Source of the DNA: Podarcis melisellensis
Lineage: Eukaryota
Length of the DNA stretch: 64,000 nt
Direction: 5' to 3' (one strand)
NCBI GenBank assembly: GCA_964234715.1
Contig: OZ174275.1
Shown here one piece after another: positions 11,742 to 25,647 of the stretch; position 1 is the first letter of the stretch; each line of letters begins with the position of its first letter. The notes beneath the pieces are model-generated. The model ran no database searches and was not told the DNA's origin. It saw only the letters and a program-made list of their open reading frames with translations. The position numbers and the translations under genes were made by a program.

Positions 11742-14645
11742 CTTACTGACAAAGCAGGCTCACTTGGTAGCATTGGCAATCTCCTTCACCTCATGGCCTT
11801 TAACTTATGGGATGCTGCAAGTGTTTACGGTGTTTTGGAAGGTGGCTAATAAATCTATTAAATGAAAACAATCTACGGTATATTACAATGGTTTCTGGTA
11901 ACCTTATTTGCATCTTTTGTTTTTGTTTTTAGGATGCAGTCCTAAAATCACTTATAGTCATGTGATTCATATTAATTAAATCAATAGAACTACTTGCTAA
12001 TTTGTTATTTCAGATTGCAGCCCAAATTGGTTCATAGAGATAATAATGTAAGGCATGGGATCACGTTCTGTGGTTATAAAACCTATTGTAATAAAAGAAG
12101 TTAATACTAAAAAGGAGCTGTGAAAGATACTGGAATATTTTTACTACCACCTCCCCCCTCACAAATATGTGTCAAGTAGCTATGTCTCAATATGTTCTGG
12201 ATTTTATCTGACACCAGCGTCTATTAATGGGACTCCATTTGTACTGCCGTGGCACCTGTTATGGATTTTGAATTATCTCACAGCCCGTGGGACTAAAATG
12301 AAGAAGTACCAGGTGTCAGGCTTGTATCTTAATTGAGACTCAGTGTAAACAATATAAACTTAGTAATACGGTTGTAGGAATGGATTGCAGCCCAGCAGTT
12401 GAGTTGGTTACAAACAGTTGGGTTACAACTTTCCTTCATGGATGGTAATGAAGGAATTAGTTATTTAGCCTGATGAAACAAAACAGAACTACACTTGTCA
12501 TTGCTGTATGAGGTCAGGCTATTCTTAGAAGAATTCATCTCAAAATTTAGGTTTTTGGTAATACAAACAGTAGGATTTGGTAATACTACAGTGAATCATT
12601 TTCTGACAAATTTCTCTGGGAGGCAAAAATTAAAATTGGTTTAGGAGCACTATCTTAAAGCCCACTCGTATGCAAGTTTAGTCAAAAATAATGCCCACTG
12701 GGTTCAATGAGCTTCTTCCCAGGTAAGTGTGCATAATATTTGCATTTGTAAAACAATCACAGAAGTATTGTGTTTTTAAAAAACAACAACATAGGATAGG
12801 ATATAGGTTTGCTTCCTGATTTGTTAAATTTAGTATTGCAATTATTTCAGCATCTATTCAGTCAATAAGATTCCTGAAGCTGAAAATGCATAATTAAACA
12901 CTTAGCAAAAATGAAATAGCCAGGGCATCTGCTTTCAAGTATAATAGTGCAGTTATGCATATATCTAACTAAGAGGTCCCATTAAATTTAATTAGACTTA
13001 TCCTGAGGTGAGTATGTATAGGATTGCAGCCTGTGCATGTATAATTTAGTATTGTTTTAAATTAAAAACAAAACAAAAAATGTCACCTGTTGATTGGATC
13101 CAAAAGATTTCCTCTTGTATATTTTATCATTGTATTTTGTATTTTAAATTGTATTCGAATTAATTTTATGAAGAGAGTTTTAGAAATGTCTGAAACAGAT
13201 GAAATTTGGTGTATATCACTTGTATGGAAAAGAAGCAGATGAGGGGAAGCAGAGGATAGGAAGAGAGATGTGAATTATTACAAGCATTGTTTAACGAGTT
13301 ACTCCTTTCACAAGTTGCTATTATACCCAAACTCAGAGCCAGTTGTACTATTAGGCAGAATGAGGCGACCACCTCACCTGATTTCAGGTATCATGAGAGG
13401 GCAACAAATTGTTAGTTAATTAATTTATTGTTGTATTTTTACTGCTATGGAAGGAGTGGAGCCCTTTGGTGATTTTCTACCTCGGGCCAAAGTAATTGGA
13501 TTGAGTATTGTGCACATTGATGCAGAGGAGCGGGGAGTAATAACTTTCTCCACATCAGGCAGCAAAATATTTTGGGTCAGTCCCACTTCTGGAAGATACT
13601 CAGGAACTGGAAAAGAAAATGTCACTGGTTGGAAGTGGTTCCTGAAAATTCCTCTGTTATTTTCCTCCTGGACATTCTTATATGCCAGCCTCTGCTTTTT
13701 AAAATGTATAGCACGGGTGGTATTGTTGTGAGGGTGTTTTCAGCCCGTCTTGTGCATGCAGCAGACGATAAGCCAATGCAGTAATTTAAATTATATGCAA
13801 CCCGACACTATAAAGCAAAAATATGCTTCTTCCACATCAGCTGATAAACAGGCCTTTCTACACCAGCTACAAGCTAAAAGAGCATCCCAAAGCAGCACAC
13901 GAAGTCAAGCTCTGAACTTAAGGTCACAAGACAGATGGCTTTTAGAATCTGTAATGCTACCCACTTTGTTGTTCAAGTTGTAGTATGTGAAGTGTGTGGA
14001 ATAAGGATAAGATTGACTTTGGCTACCTTCATATGTACTTCAAGGCCGTGCTGTTTTGGTGCTTAAATGGAGGTTTTTCAGTATGCAAGGGTTTTGTTGG
14101 ACCAACAGAGAGTGCCCAGAAACTTACTCTTCTGAGGGGAGAACTTGCAAATTTCTTGCCCGTTTTTCCTGAATGCTAGCAAGGAAGCATTGTATTTTGT
14201 CTTCTCTTAGATGAGCTTTCCAAAGCATTTTTCCTCTGTAAGAGAAGATGGTCAGCAACTCCCAAGATGCTGTGTACATCCTTTCTGTGGAGCTCAAGGT
14301 GCAAACACAATCACATCAAAGGCATTAACTTTGAAAGGGCATTGGCCTTTCAGATATGTTTGTGGGAGGGAGGTTATTAGTTTGTTTTGGTTTTGTCATG
14401 CATTTTGTGTTCCCATTTTGTATTTTCATGTTGTAAACCTATCATCTTCCGAGTGAAGGGCAGGATAGAAATTTAATAAATAATATTAATACTAATAATA
14501 ACTTCACTTCTGTCCTATTTGTGTATACGTACTAAATATATATATATATACTAAACCTAAAAGGTTTCATTTAGAGACCTCTGAAACAGGAGCATTTTAA
14601 AAGTAGGTAGGTGTCTCCACCCTGCTTTTCATAAAGCGTTTTACC

Positions 14646-15098
14646 NNNNNNNNNNNNNNNNNNNNNNNNNNNNNNNNNNNNNNNNNNNNNNNNNNNNNNN
14701 NNNNNNNNNNNNNNNNNNNNNNNNNNNNNNNNNNNNNNNNNNNNNNNNNNNNNNNNNNNNNNNNNNNNNNNNNNNNNNNNNNNNNNNNNNNNNNNNNNNN
14801 NNNNNNNNNNNNNNNNNNNNNNNNNNNNNNNNNNNNNNNNNNNNNNNNNNNNNNNNNNNNNNNNNNNNNNNNNNNNNNNNNNNNNNNNNNNNNNNNNNNN
14901 NNNNNNNNNNNNNNNNNNNNNNNNNNNNNNNNNNNNNNNNNNNNNNNNNNNNNNNNNNNNNNNNNNNNNNNNNNNNNNNNNNNNNNNNNNNNNNNNNNNN
15001 NNNNNNNNNNNNNNNNNNNNNNNNNNNNNNNNNNNNNNNNNNNNNNNNNNNNNNNNNNNNNNNNNNNNNNNNNNNNNNNNNNNNNNNNNNNNNNNNNN
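14646..15098. other. Assembly gap (N run)
   Basis: N bases. Confidence 1.
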
Positions 15099-16299
15099 CT
15101 CCCCCAATGGAAAAAAGTGCTTTTCAACAAGTTGTGAGATATGTAGTATTATTTAGACTTCAACCATCAGTTTCATCCTCTACCACTTATATACAGCCTC
15201 TTAAAAACTGTGCTATATTACTCTCCTGTGTTAAGGCTCAATCTTGTGTATGTCCCACAACCTAAGAACCTTCACAACAAAAGGGTTTTCTATTCCTCCG
15301 TGTCCTAATGTTGCTATTTATGGTGTTTTCAAAAGCAATTTTTGGACTGCAACCCTGTTTTAAGGGGACAGATGAGCATAAGCAATGAATCTGATGAAGA
15401 TCTATAATAGAAGTAGTTTGGGTTTGGCTACCTATTGTAAGTCAAAGCTCTTTTTTTTTTTTTGCACACTTGCGTCCTAGGTGTGAAAATTATTGTCACT
15501 GCACAGTCCACTTAATTACTAAAATACAGTGGACAAAAGTGTGGGTTTAGTATGTTTTCTTCTTCTTTAAAAATATATAATCATGAGAGAATCTTTATTA
15601 GTTTTAATATTTTGTACATCAGTAAGCACCTAAAATGTTTATACCATTCCTTACAACCCATTGTTAGTTCCCCCATTCCAAAGATAAGTCAAGGCTTTTC
15701 AAATGGGGTTATATGAATCAAAGAAGGGTATTTTTCAAGGTGGAAAAGGGAGGAATTGCTCGTTTGGTTGCAAGAAAGGTTAATGGTAGGAAGAATATTT
15801 GGCTGTGGTGCCGAAGAAAGAGTTGATATGTAGTGAATGAGTACGCTGCATTGTTGGGGGTGATTTGCTTTAAGCCAAGAGGGCTCAAATTGTAAAATTT
15901 CATGGACCCATTTCCAAAGTCACAAATCTGTGAGGAGGGCAGGGAAAGAAGCAAGGTAAGGTAGGGTAGGGTAGCTACCCATCTTAGAGACACACTATCT
16001 GTGCAGGAAAATGGGCACAAACATCTTTGACCTTTCTCCGAAAGCCAGCACTGGTGTTTATTGCTCTTGCATGCTTTCTTCATATCGCTGGGAAATGTCC
16101 CTAACAAAGAAAAGGCTGGGGTAGAGTGCAGATGTTATCCCCTACCCACTGGGATTTGTGAGCGGAGAGGAATTATGTTCTGCAGGTGAGCAGACGTGTT
16201 CCTGCAGCCAGATTTTCCCATCTTCCTTTTAAGTGCCTTTTAGTGATGAAAGGAAGTTGCCCCTTTGCTGCCAAAGCATGCTGCCCACCCATCAGCCAA

Positions 16300-16356
<57 letters not shown>
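16300..16356. repeat. (ATT)n microsatellite
   Basis: Direct inspection. Confidence 0.9.
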
Positions 16357-17610
16357 TATTTAGGGCCTTTGTCACCAAAAGGATTGGGTGCATGTGATCA
16401 AGGTCCAGTTTCCCCTTCCTGCTGCCACTGATGCCAGACATCCTTATGGAGTGAAAGTGGATTGCTATCTTCTCCCCCAAGGCGAACAGAAATTGTGTTC
16501 CGTGGTTCTTGAACGCATGTGCGTACACACACCTGATAGTTTCCAGCAAGGGGAGCTCAGCCCCATCTCCTCTAAAGAGGGGAATATTCTTTGTTGAGAT
16601 TTCATAGGTCTCATTTGTAAAAAAAATAAGTAAATGGAACTCCTGCCAAGTGTTTCTCATCTTCTGAAAGAAATACATTTAAATGACATTAGAAGACATT
16701 GCTTCAGTAGAAATAGCCAAAAGAGCTGCATGCAAAAAATAAATAAATCCTGTTTTTAGAAAGATTAATAATCCAATGAGTACAGCAAGACAACTTCTAC
16801 AAATTGTATGAGGAAAGTAACTGATTTTGAATCCCACTAAATCAGCCTATGACACAAAGTCAGCATGGTATTTTTTTCTTGATAATTGTATGTTGCTGCC
16901 TGCTGTTCTACATTTTGACAACCATTTCCATAGTTGCTTTCATGAACAGCAGAAATATTCTCTCCCTTTCTCACTCTCTCTGTGCTAACGGTAAAATCAG
17001 GCCCTCTGGAACAAGAAGCCTGGAGAGGGTTCTTCAAAAGCAACAACACTTCAAGATACTGGTCTCTTGTCAATATTATCAGCAAAAGAGGATGTAGGGG
17101 GAAAGGAAGAAGTACAATACTTTGCTGTTGATGTCCCGCAGACACTTTCTTCGCTGGTACAGGGATGCTATGGCCATTTTGCAAATATACCTACTTGTTT
17201 CAATAGCATAATTGACCAGTTATTTTTCCTAATACACAGATTTAGCTAGGTGTTTATCTGAACAGTTTAATTTGCTTGAGAATTATGGGGAAGACTGTTT
17301 TTAAGTGAAAATCAATATGGACTTTTCGTTCTGAATCTGTTTTTTTTAGTACTTAGTTTTAGATATTAAAATCTAACATTGAGAGCACTGATATTTTTTA
17401 AAGACCCTGTTGGGTGCTGTTCTGGGGATTTTATTTTGTAACATGTATTTACTGGAACCTTCCTTCTCTCATACTTCCTCAAATCATTGCATGTTATCTT
17501 ATAAGCAAGGGTTTACAAAACCCTTCATAAAACAACAACAACCCTTGTTTATCAGATAACATGCAACCCATTTGAGGAAGTATGAGAAGCATGATCACTT
17601 GTTTTAATTA

Positions 17611-18016
17611 CCGTATTTTTTGCACCATAACACTCACTTTTTTCCTCCTAGAAAGTAAGGGGAAATGTCTGTGCGTGTTATGGAGCGAATGCCTACAGAT
17701 TACGGGGAGATCTGCTGCAGTCGTGAGCAGAGGATCCATGGTTACAGCCTGCACCAAAAAAATCACGCACCCACTGTTGCCTGGGGCCACAATGGTGCAA
17801 AAACATGGTTACAAAGCATGGATCCACATGGATCCTCAGGATTTTTGCATTGGGCTACCCCAAACTCACCGTCAGATCACATGTCTGTGGCCACAGCATG
17901 AACCACAAAAATCATACATCCACTGTTTCGTTTAGAATATTTTTTTTCTTGTTTTCCTCCCCTAAAAACTATGTGCGTGTTATGGTTGGGTGCGTGTTAT
18001 AGAGCGAAAAATACGG
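17611..18016. mobile_element. Tc1/mariner-superfamily (pogo/Tc2-like) MITE
   Basis: TIRs CCGTATTTTT(T/C)GC..ATAACAC / GTGTTATAGAGCGAAAAATACGG, flanked by TA on both sides. Related TIRs at 54728-55252. Confidence 0.8.
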
Positions 18017-18763
18017 TACTTTGTTTCCTTTGACCAGAGGTGCATTCAGAAGGTTTTTCACATTTCATTTCTGTGTAATTACTATCGAAGTGTTATCTTT
18101 GATGGTGGAAGTTGCTTCCAGCAAGAACCATGACCACCATTGGGATTGGAGATATGCCTCTCCAGCATTTTTATTCAGCTGCTGTTGTATGAGCAATGGG
18201 AAGTTGAATAATACCTGCTAAAGACTTCTGCATTAGCTGAAGATGTTGTTCTAGTTTCTGCTGTGACTCTGATCTCCATTGGACAGTGGGTGTGGCTTAG
18301 CCCTTCCAGAACATATATAAGAGTTCACTACCTTTGGGGCAGCTTCAGAAGAGTGATATATTCGGTTATTAGTCATATAGGAAGAACTTATGGGGAACCT
18401 TGAACTCTTTCAAACTCAATAAAGAGTTTTAGCTAATGTATTCTAGGTTCAAGAGGATGGGTAGATCAGTACAGAAAGATGGTGTGATACTGCACATTCA
18501 AGTGAGAGGCAAGAACTTAGGGTAGGGTATTGGGATCCTTTGAACATATTCATTTAAAATATTGTATAATTACAGGGGGCCTCTCTTGTATATCAGCCTT
18601 CAGAATAGGTAGGGATAAAGCTCTGAATTAGAATCATAAAATTAATATATGCATAAATAGATTGGTTAAAAGGAAACAACGTGGTTGTGTCATTGATCAG
18701 AATGTCATGCTGGCTGCTTTATTCTGAACTTTAAATTGATCCTTAACTTTTGGATAAAATTAG

Positions 18764-18888
18764 CTATGAGGAAAGAGCTCGATATCTGCAAACAATTGTC
18801 CAGCACCATCTTGATCCTTCAACTTTTGAGGACTATGCAGCTCAGGTTTTCTGTCCAGCACCTTGCCACCATTTGCCCTCTGAAACCG
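18764..18888 (+). CDS. RALGAPA1: RALGAPA1 coding exon ([41 protein letters not shown])
   Basis: Follows the U12 acceptor. 125 nt, phase 2/1, GTAAG donor at 18889. Not in the ORF track but translates cleanly to the recognisable RalGAPA1 C-terminal sequence. Confidence 0.95.
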
Positions 18889-19569
18889 GTAAGAATGCAA
18901 TAAATGCCTAGATTTCTGTTTGATAACACTTAAAATGCAGTATTTCTAGTCAAACTACCAATATTAAAAAATAATATTATTTAGATTTCCATGCTTAGGA
19001 AGCTGCATGTTGAGCAAATACAATTGTATCCTTCGTCTATCAAATTAGAGCGCTTACATACTCAAATTAGAGCGCTCACATACTCTACTCAGCTGTTGAT
19101 CTATAATAAACCATTTTATTTATGAATGTTCCTAGATACCTTTGATTCCTCAAAGCCCAGTTGATGCACTTTATCTTCAAGAAGGTTGATTTTAGTCTTC
19201 ATTTGGGAACCATGAAAGCTTTGCTGTTATCCACTTTCTAATTTTAAACTATGAATGGTTACATAGTCATTTTCCCCTATAATTTTTTTTAATCCTCTAT
19301 ATACAATGCTGCATTTTCAGTTACTAATAAAACAATCACACAGGGAGCAATCCTATGCACAAGAAGATAGCATAAAAGCAAGTCGGTGTAAGTTAGGCCG
19401 ACGTAAAGTTACAGCAGATCCAAATGCCATTCAACAGAAGACAGTAGGAAAACCATTGTGTTTTATGCCAGGTTGCAAAGTCACATGACAGAGCTGAACA
19501 GACTAAGGTTTTGGAGCTCTCTGGTCCCACCCCCGAGATGCCCCTTTTGGGGGGACTTATACCAGCCTC

Positions 19570-19936
19570 CTGCGGGACGCAGGTGGCGCTGTGGGTTAAA
19601 GCCTCAGCGCCTAGGACTTGCCGATCGAAAGGTCAGCAGTTCGAATCCCTGCGGCGGGGTGCACTCCCGCTGCTCGGTCCCAGCGCCTGCCAACCTAGCA
19701 GTTCGAAAGCACCTCCGGGTGCAAGTAGATAAATAGGGACCGCTTACCAGCGGGAAGGTAAACGGCGTTTCCGTGTGCGGCTCTGGCTCGCCAGAGCAGC
19801 GATGTCACGCTGGCCACGTGACCCAGAAGTGTCTCCGGACAGCGCTGGCCCCTGGCCTCTTAAGTGAGATGGGCGCACAACCCCAGAGTCTGTCAAGACT
19901 GGCCCGTACGGGCAGGGGTACCTTTACCTTTACCTT
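19570..19936 (+). mobile_element. Sauria SINE
   Basis: GGGACGCAGGTGGCGCTGTGGG start, (ACCTTT)n tail and 13-bp TSD TTATACCAGCCTC. Confidence 0.9.
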
Positions 19937-20262
19937 TTATACCAGCCTCAGCTCAACCAAAGTCATCTCAGCTGTTTGAACCCCAACTGAGCCAGGAAGA
20001 GCAAGTTACGACAGCATATCTTCTGCTGAGCCAGGGTTGGGGGCTTACTGCCGGCTGAGCCTGTCTGAACTGGGAAACAACCGGCTGAGCCAGAGATCTG
20101 CCGTACCTGAATCTGCTCATCCCAATGACTCTTGCCATAGGATTGCCCCCTAAGAATCTAGAATAATCACTGAAGGTATCTAGAATAACTCAAGGCCTAC
20201 CTGTACAAATAATTTCTTGAATTCCTGATGATTATATCATTTATTTTATTTCCCCTCTTTAG

Positions 20263-20291
20263 ATCATTAAATATCAGTTCTTTATCAGAAG
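20263..20291 (+). CDS. RALGAPA1: RALGAPA1 29-nt cassette exon encoding the alternative C-terminus ...ETDH* (stop at 20268-20270)
   Basis: ttttatttcccctctttAG|ATCATTAA...AGAAG|GTAAGA. Phase-1 joining gives GAT CAT TAA, which agrees with my recollection of a mammalian isoform ending in 'DH'. Confidence 0.8.
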
Positions 20292-23200
20292 GTAAGACAA
20301 AGTGTCCAAAAAAAACCCCTCTGTTCTTATTAATCTTTTACTAAAGCTCTAAGCTTGTAACCACGTTGTATGCAAACTTTCCTGATTGCCCTTATTTTCT
20401 ACCATTAAAAGAAAGAGAAATTCACACTGATTGAGAAATTCCCACTACCTTTTTTTCAAGTTTTAGTCTTTACTAACCCCAGGTCTGCATGAAACACTAA
20501 CACTGTGGTTCTGGGATTAAGGGAACTAATGGGAGAGACATCTGTTGAGCTAGTAACACTCGATTGTGTCTGACCTTTCGTTTCTCAGCATGAACAAATA
20601 GTACTGGGTGACAGTGGTGTGCCTTGTACCCTGTACTGCTTTTCTTTGATGTTAGCACATACTTTTAGAATTCGATATAACAGAGAAAGGAAAGGGAGAA
20701 ATAACTTGTTTGTTGCTGACAAACTGTTACGCTGTCTTGAAGCAGAAATTAGAATATTACCACTGATATTACTCACCTACTTGCAATAGAGACAAAAAAA
20801 CTCAGAGCAGTTTTCTTCTTCGGAAAACAATAGATGGAAATCTAGTGACACCAACAGAAGACAATTGATGCAGCTATATTTGGATTTGCACATATGATTT
20901 AGAGGAAATAAATTAAAAAAATGTTTGGGCCCCAAAGCCATATGTTTTCACTTCCTTCCAGTGCTGATCATTTTTATCTGAATGTGAACAGGAAATAGAA
21001 GCAGAGGTGCACAATAAAATGAATGCCTGAGTGAAAAGGAACAACAGCATTCATGAATAAAAATAAAATTAAGGCAGTAGTTAAAAATACAAAAGTCACA
21101 CGAAAAGGTCCTAATGGTGATTTTTAATATCTTATTTTGTCCTAATTAAGTCCACCATTTGATTTTAAACAGGCAAAATTACATATCTGTGTTTTAGTGA
21201 TTGTAAAGGCTTCTGACCAAGTGATATGTAGCAGAGCTAATTTTATGGTACCTGCTTCTTTGTGTATAAGGGGCAGAAATATGTTTTCATAAGCTTTTGC
21301 CTTCCTCCATTAGTGAGTAGAGTACCTCACAATTTATGCTCAGGTGCATATTTTCTGAGATGGATTGAAATAGCTTCTCAGTAAGATCAGTTGTAAAGTG
21401 CTGAGTTGGAGAGATGAATGAGTGATCCTCTCTCTATCTCCTCTTCTGAATTCAAGAGGTACTTTTAAAAACTATTTTTAAAAAACATTTTAACAGCTGT
21501 CTGATAAGTAATAATGATGCCTGCTGTTAAAAGTGCATTAAAATGACATTGCCATCCTGTTTTTTAAATCTTAATGTTACAATGGCTTTTGCTTGTTTGG
21601 TTGTTTTTTTATATGGAAGAAATACCTGGAAGCTGCCATCTGTAGCTGAATATTGGTATTCAAAGAGCATGGAGTACTTACACTGAGTCAGCTCAGTGAC
21701 CATCGTATCCAGTATTATTTGGAGGCAACTGTAAAGGACTCAAGTAGTCTCTCCATTCTTGTTACCTAATATCCATTAACCAGAGATGCCAGGAATTGCA
21801 TGCAGAGCCTTCTAGATGCAAAGAATTTGTGGATTCAGTTTCATTCTTTTGTGTTGACATGTCAGGGTAATAAGGCTAAAATTCTTCTGGAGGTAGTATG
21901 TTTTTATATGTATGAGAAATATTCTGTCAGTACATCTCTCCATGAACAGGGAAGTTGGGAAAGAATGTAATGTAGATCATAGTTATAAAAAATTTAGGTT
22001 CTTATTTTTTTAAATATTTTTCATCATCTTTCCATCTGCCTGCCTTTATGTAATATTATTTTGGAGTCCATATAAATGAGACCTAATATGAAATATGCCA
22101 GTCTCCCACTGGAGGGATCTCCAAACACTTCTTCCCCCAGACATATAGGTGCCCAAAGTTTGTCTCATCATATTAAAAATACAAATGTCTGGGTGGGAAA
22201 CCTGTGCAAAACAGTCAGATGTATTACAGCCTGATATGACCGTGTAACAATTTCAGATATGGTAAATGAAAGGTGTAAATTACTGAAATAAATTACTGAA
22301 ACAAAAGAAGACAAATATTTAAGAACTACCCTGGTCAAATATTGAGCTATCGGCAGTGGGAAGACACTAGTAAATGTGGTGACTCAGAAATCATAAGAGG
22401 TTGAAATTGGTTTAATGATAGATTCATGGTTAAACATCTTGGACAGATTATTAATCAGCTGCTGGGACAGATTTTATCATATAAAATACTTTTTTAAAAA
22501 AAGATGGATGGCCAGCACTATTCCCCTCAGAAAATAAAAGCTTAAAAATGCAACCCTAAAAGATTTAACAACGCAGTCCTGTTCAAAGATAAATCTCACT
22601 GTGAATTCAATAGGTTTTACTCTTAGGTAAGTGTGTATGGGATTGCAGCTTAATTAAATCTGTCGGTTGCAATAAACAGAGAAGAGATTATTCCTTCTAA
22701 ATTATTTTTGAAGTATGCTAAGTGATGAGTTCCCATTCTGGCAAAATTACTTGCATGCATAGATAATTTGGTAAGATTCCCCAGAAAATGAGGTGCAAAT
22801 ATAATTGTAAACGTATTTTCAAAGAGCAACAAAAATAACCTCAGGAATTATCACTTCATAATAATTCTAAGTATTTCTTCTAAATTGTATATGCAGATAA
22901 TTATTGAACAAACTGAAAGATTGAGCTGCAACCAATGAAATTATAGGAGGGAGTGCAGGCTGACTTTATCAAGGGAAACATCACTTTCCCTTTGTTAGTA
23001 AATATGCACAAAATCCAAGGAGGCATTTGTATGCCATTTTTTTAAGATGGAGCTGCAACTTTCAGTACAATTAATTGTAATTAACTGTGGTTATAAACTG
23101 TGGACTACCAGCCTGCACACATTGCTGACAATTTACCGTACAAAGGTTAGAGTAGGAACTGCTGATGAGTTCCTGTCACCAGGGAGGATGAGACAATGTG

Positions 23201-24051
23201 TTTACTGGCACTATATTTATTTAACTTTTATGTTAACCTATGGATAAGAATAAGGATTCTGAACACCAGTCATCAGTCTGTTGGTGAACCCAGTTGGGTG
23301 GGTGGGGTATAAGTAGTACATCATCATCATTAAAATGTTGACTTCTGTATGTGATGATATGGTCTTCTTATCTATCATATAAATTGAATTCAAGCAATTT
23401 GGAACTGTTTGTAAAACAGTATTTAAAAGTGAATTATAAAACTGTATTTTGTGACCTGTCCTCCTCAACCCAACTAGTTTCTTATACAAGACTGAACAAG
23501 TTACCTATTTCATCATGTATTTGAGGGTTTGGGTTTTTCACCTAGCTGAAACCAAACTAAAAGCTGTTCGGCATCCAACACAATACTAAATGTTTTCTGA
23601 TATATGCTGACAGTTAATTGTATCTAATCATAAGTTGAACAGACTTCCACTTGCACAGTAGGACTGCAGGCCCCTGCGTACCCCCGAAAAGCTGCTCTGG
23701 ATGGTTGGGAGGTGTGAGGGGCTGCAGTGGAAGGAGGAAGAGGAAGTCCCATCACTATCACTCATAATAAGTGTGATTGTTCGAGCATGTCCAAAGCAAG
23801 AGGCAACTAAGTAAGGAACTGGCAACCACTTTGTATTACATGGTGATAAGAAAAGGGTTATCAGAACAGAGGTCCATATAGCTCAGCCTGTTCTCGTGTA
23901 ACTGGTCATTCAGAGGTTCATAAATAGGGCAGATCCCCCCAGTCCCTGGCTTCGGAAATGTACAGAATATATTTCTGGTTATCGTGGTTCAAGGCCACTG
24001 AGAAAGATATATTCTGTGTATTTATCTGATCCTCTTTAAAAGTCATTTATG

Positions 24052-24192
24052 CAGTGCTTTTTTAGGAGGTGCTCAAGGGTACACCGTACTGGCACCTCCT
24101 TTTGTTGTTGTTAAAAAGTGCGGTACTTACTGTAACAACTGCATGATGAGTACAGTCACCTATTTTTCTAGAGAGAGAGAGAGAAAGTACTG
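24052..24192. mobile_element. Short MITE family with CAGTGCTTTTTT...AGAAAA(A)GCACTG ends
   Basis: Inverted ends. Related copies near 38413-38540 and 46902-46967. Confidence 0.55.
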
Positions 24193-25514
24193 CATTTATG
24201 CAGTATCCCCCAGCAATATTTAATCTATGCAATCTGAGAGACATCTCGTTTTGAAACCTGCTCACATTCAAGTTTGTGTCTTAAATTTTATTTGTGTGTA
24301 TGGGGGGGGGGACAGGTGTTTTCTGCCACAAGAAATGGTGAACTAACGGCATGCATCTGCAGCCAGTTATGTGAACTCCAGTGGGAAATTGCATGTATGC
24401 ATGTCAAATTCAAAAGTTAATCACTATGTTGGAAAAAGTTACACATGAAGTTCCTCTCAGTGATGCTGATTTTCTGTAACATTTGCTAAGCAATCCCCCT
24501 CCACAGTACTTGCTATAATCTTTATCATGACCACTTACCTGTCATACTTTCCTCTTATCTAAACAGCTCTGCTTGTGTAAATGCATGCATAAACTGAGCA
24601 GAGTGGTTTCTGCCTCCCTGTGGCTGGATCCAGAGCCACTCCAGTAATTTGAATGACATAATGACAGCGGCATCATAATGACATGGGTGCCCATGTAATC
24701 CTGGCTACTCTGCACTATTTATTTCATCATTCAGATGTTTAAAGAGCACTGTTTAATTCAGGCATGGTTGAGCTGCAACCACACCACTTGAGTGATTTAC
24801 AAATTGCACCAAAGTCTATTTTTATTAAGTAAAAGAACCTATCCTCCTTTGTATTTCAGTTCCTTTTTATATCTTTCCTAGCTCTGGTCCATATTGTTTA
24901 TAACATTCTAAATGTTTATATACTGAAACCTCACATACTTTCTTTTCTATTCTTATCCCTTTTGTAAGGAGTGTTCAGATAGTGGATTTTATCACCTCCT
25001 TGTAAGATGGGTGGAATGCAAATATAATAGTTCTCCCCCACTTGTTTAAAACTGAAGGCTAGCAGGTGATCTAAAATATATATATTTGTCAACTTCCATA
25101 TTAATCACTACTGCACTTTTAGGCTCTAGTTCTGCATTTTCATCAATTGAAGGTTTGTTTTGTATTTATGCTCATTAGTACTGACGTTAGTATCACCTGC
25201 TTTGGGATTAAAGTGAACATTTATTACATGAAAGAAACCAAAATTGCCTCACACGTGAAACAAAAAATACGAAGGAAAAGAGAAACCCAGTATTAATCTA
25301 CTCACCCATTGCTATCAAACAAAACTCAGATACAGTAAGGCTGCAATCCTGTGCACACTTACATTGGAGTAAATCCCATTGAACACTGTAGGAATTTCTT
25401 CCAGGTACACTTACCTAGAATTGTGCTGCATGTACATGTCAGACTTACCTGGCTCCTATTTTCACTAAAGCTAAATGCATTATCATTCATTTCCAGATAC
25501 TTGCCAAGTTAAAG

Positions 25515-25647
25515 TTACAGATAGGTAGCCGTGTTGGTCTGCCATAGTCAAAACAAAAAAAATTCCTTCCAGTAGCACCTTAAAGACCAACTAAGTTAGT
25601 TCTTGGTATGAGCTTTCGTGTGCATGCAGACTTCTTTCTTTAACTTT
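25515..25647. mobile_element. Penelope-like element terminal fragment
   Basis: GGTAGCCGTGTTGGTCTG...GTAGCACCTTAAAGACCAAC...TGAGCTTTCGTG is typical of reptile Penelope-like ends. Flanked by a 14-bp duplication TTGCCAAGTTAAAG. Confidence 0.6.

Noticed and set aside
11905-11950. Strong-looking acceptor ttttgtttttgtttttAG in the U12 intron
   Set aside because: It is followed by a palindromic MITE relic, with no convincing donor or coding signal.
14571-15130. ORFs spanning N runs (also 27639-28103 and 46366-46551)
   Set aside because: Artefacts of assembly gaps.
19041-19085. 22-bp tandem duplication CAAATTAGAGCGCT(T/C)ACATACT
   Set aside because: Simple local duplication with two units and no spacers; not an array of functional type.
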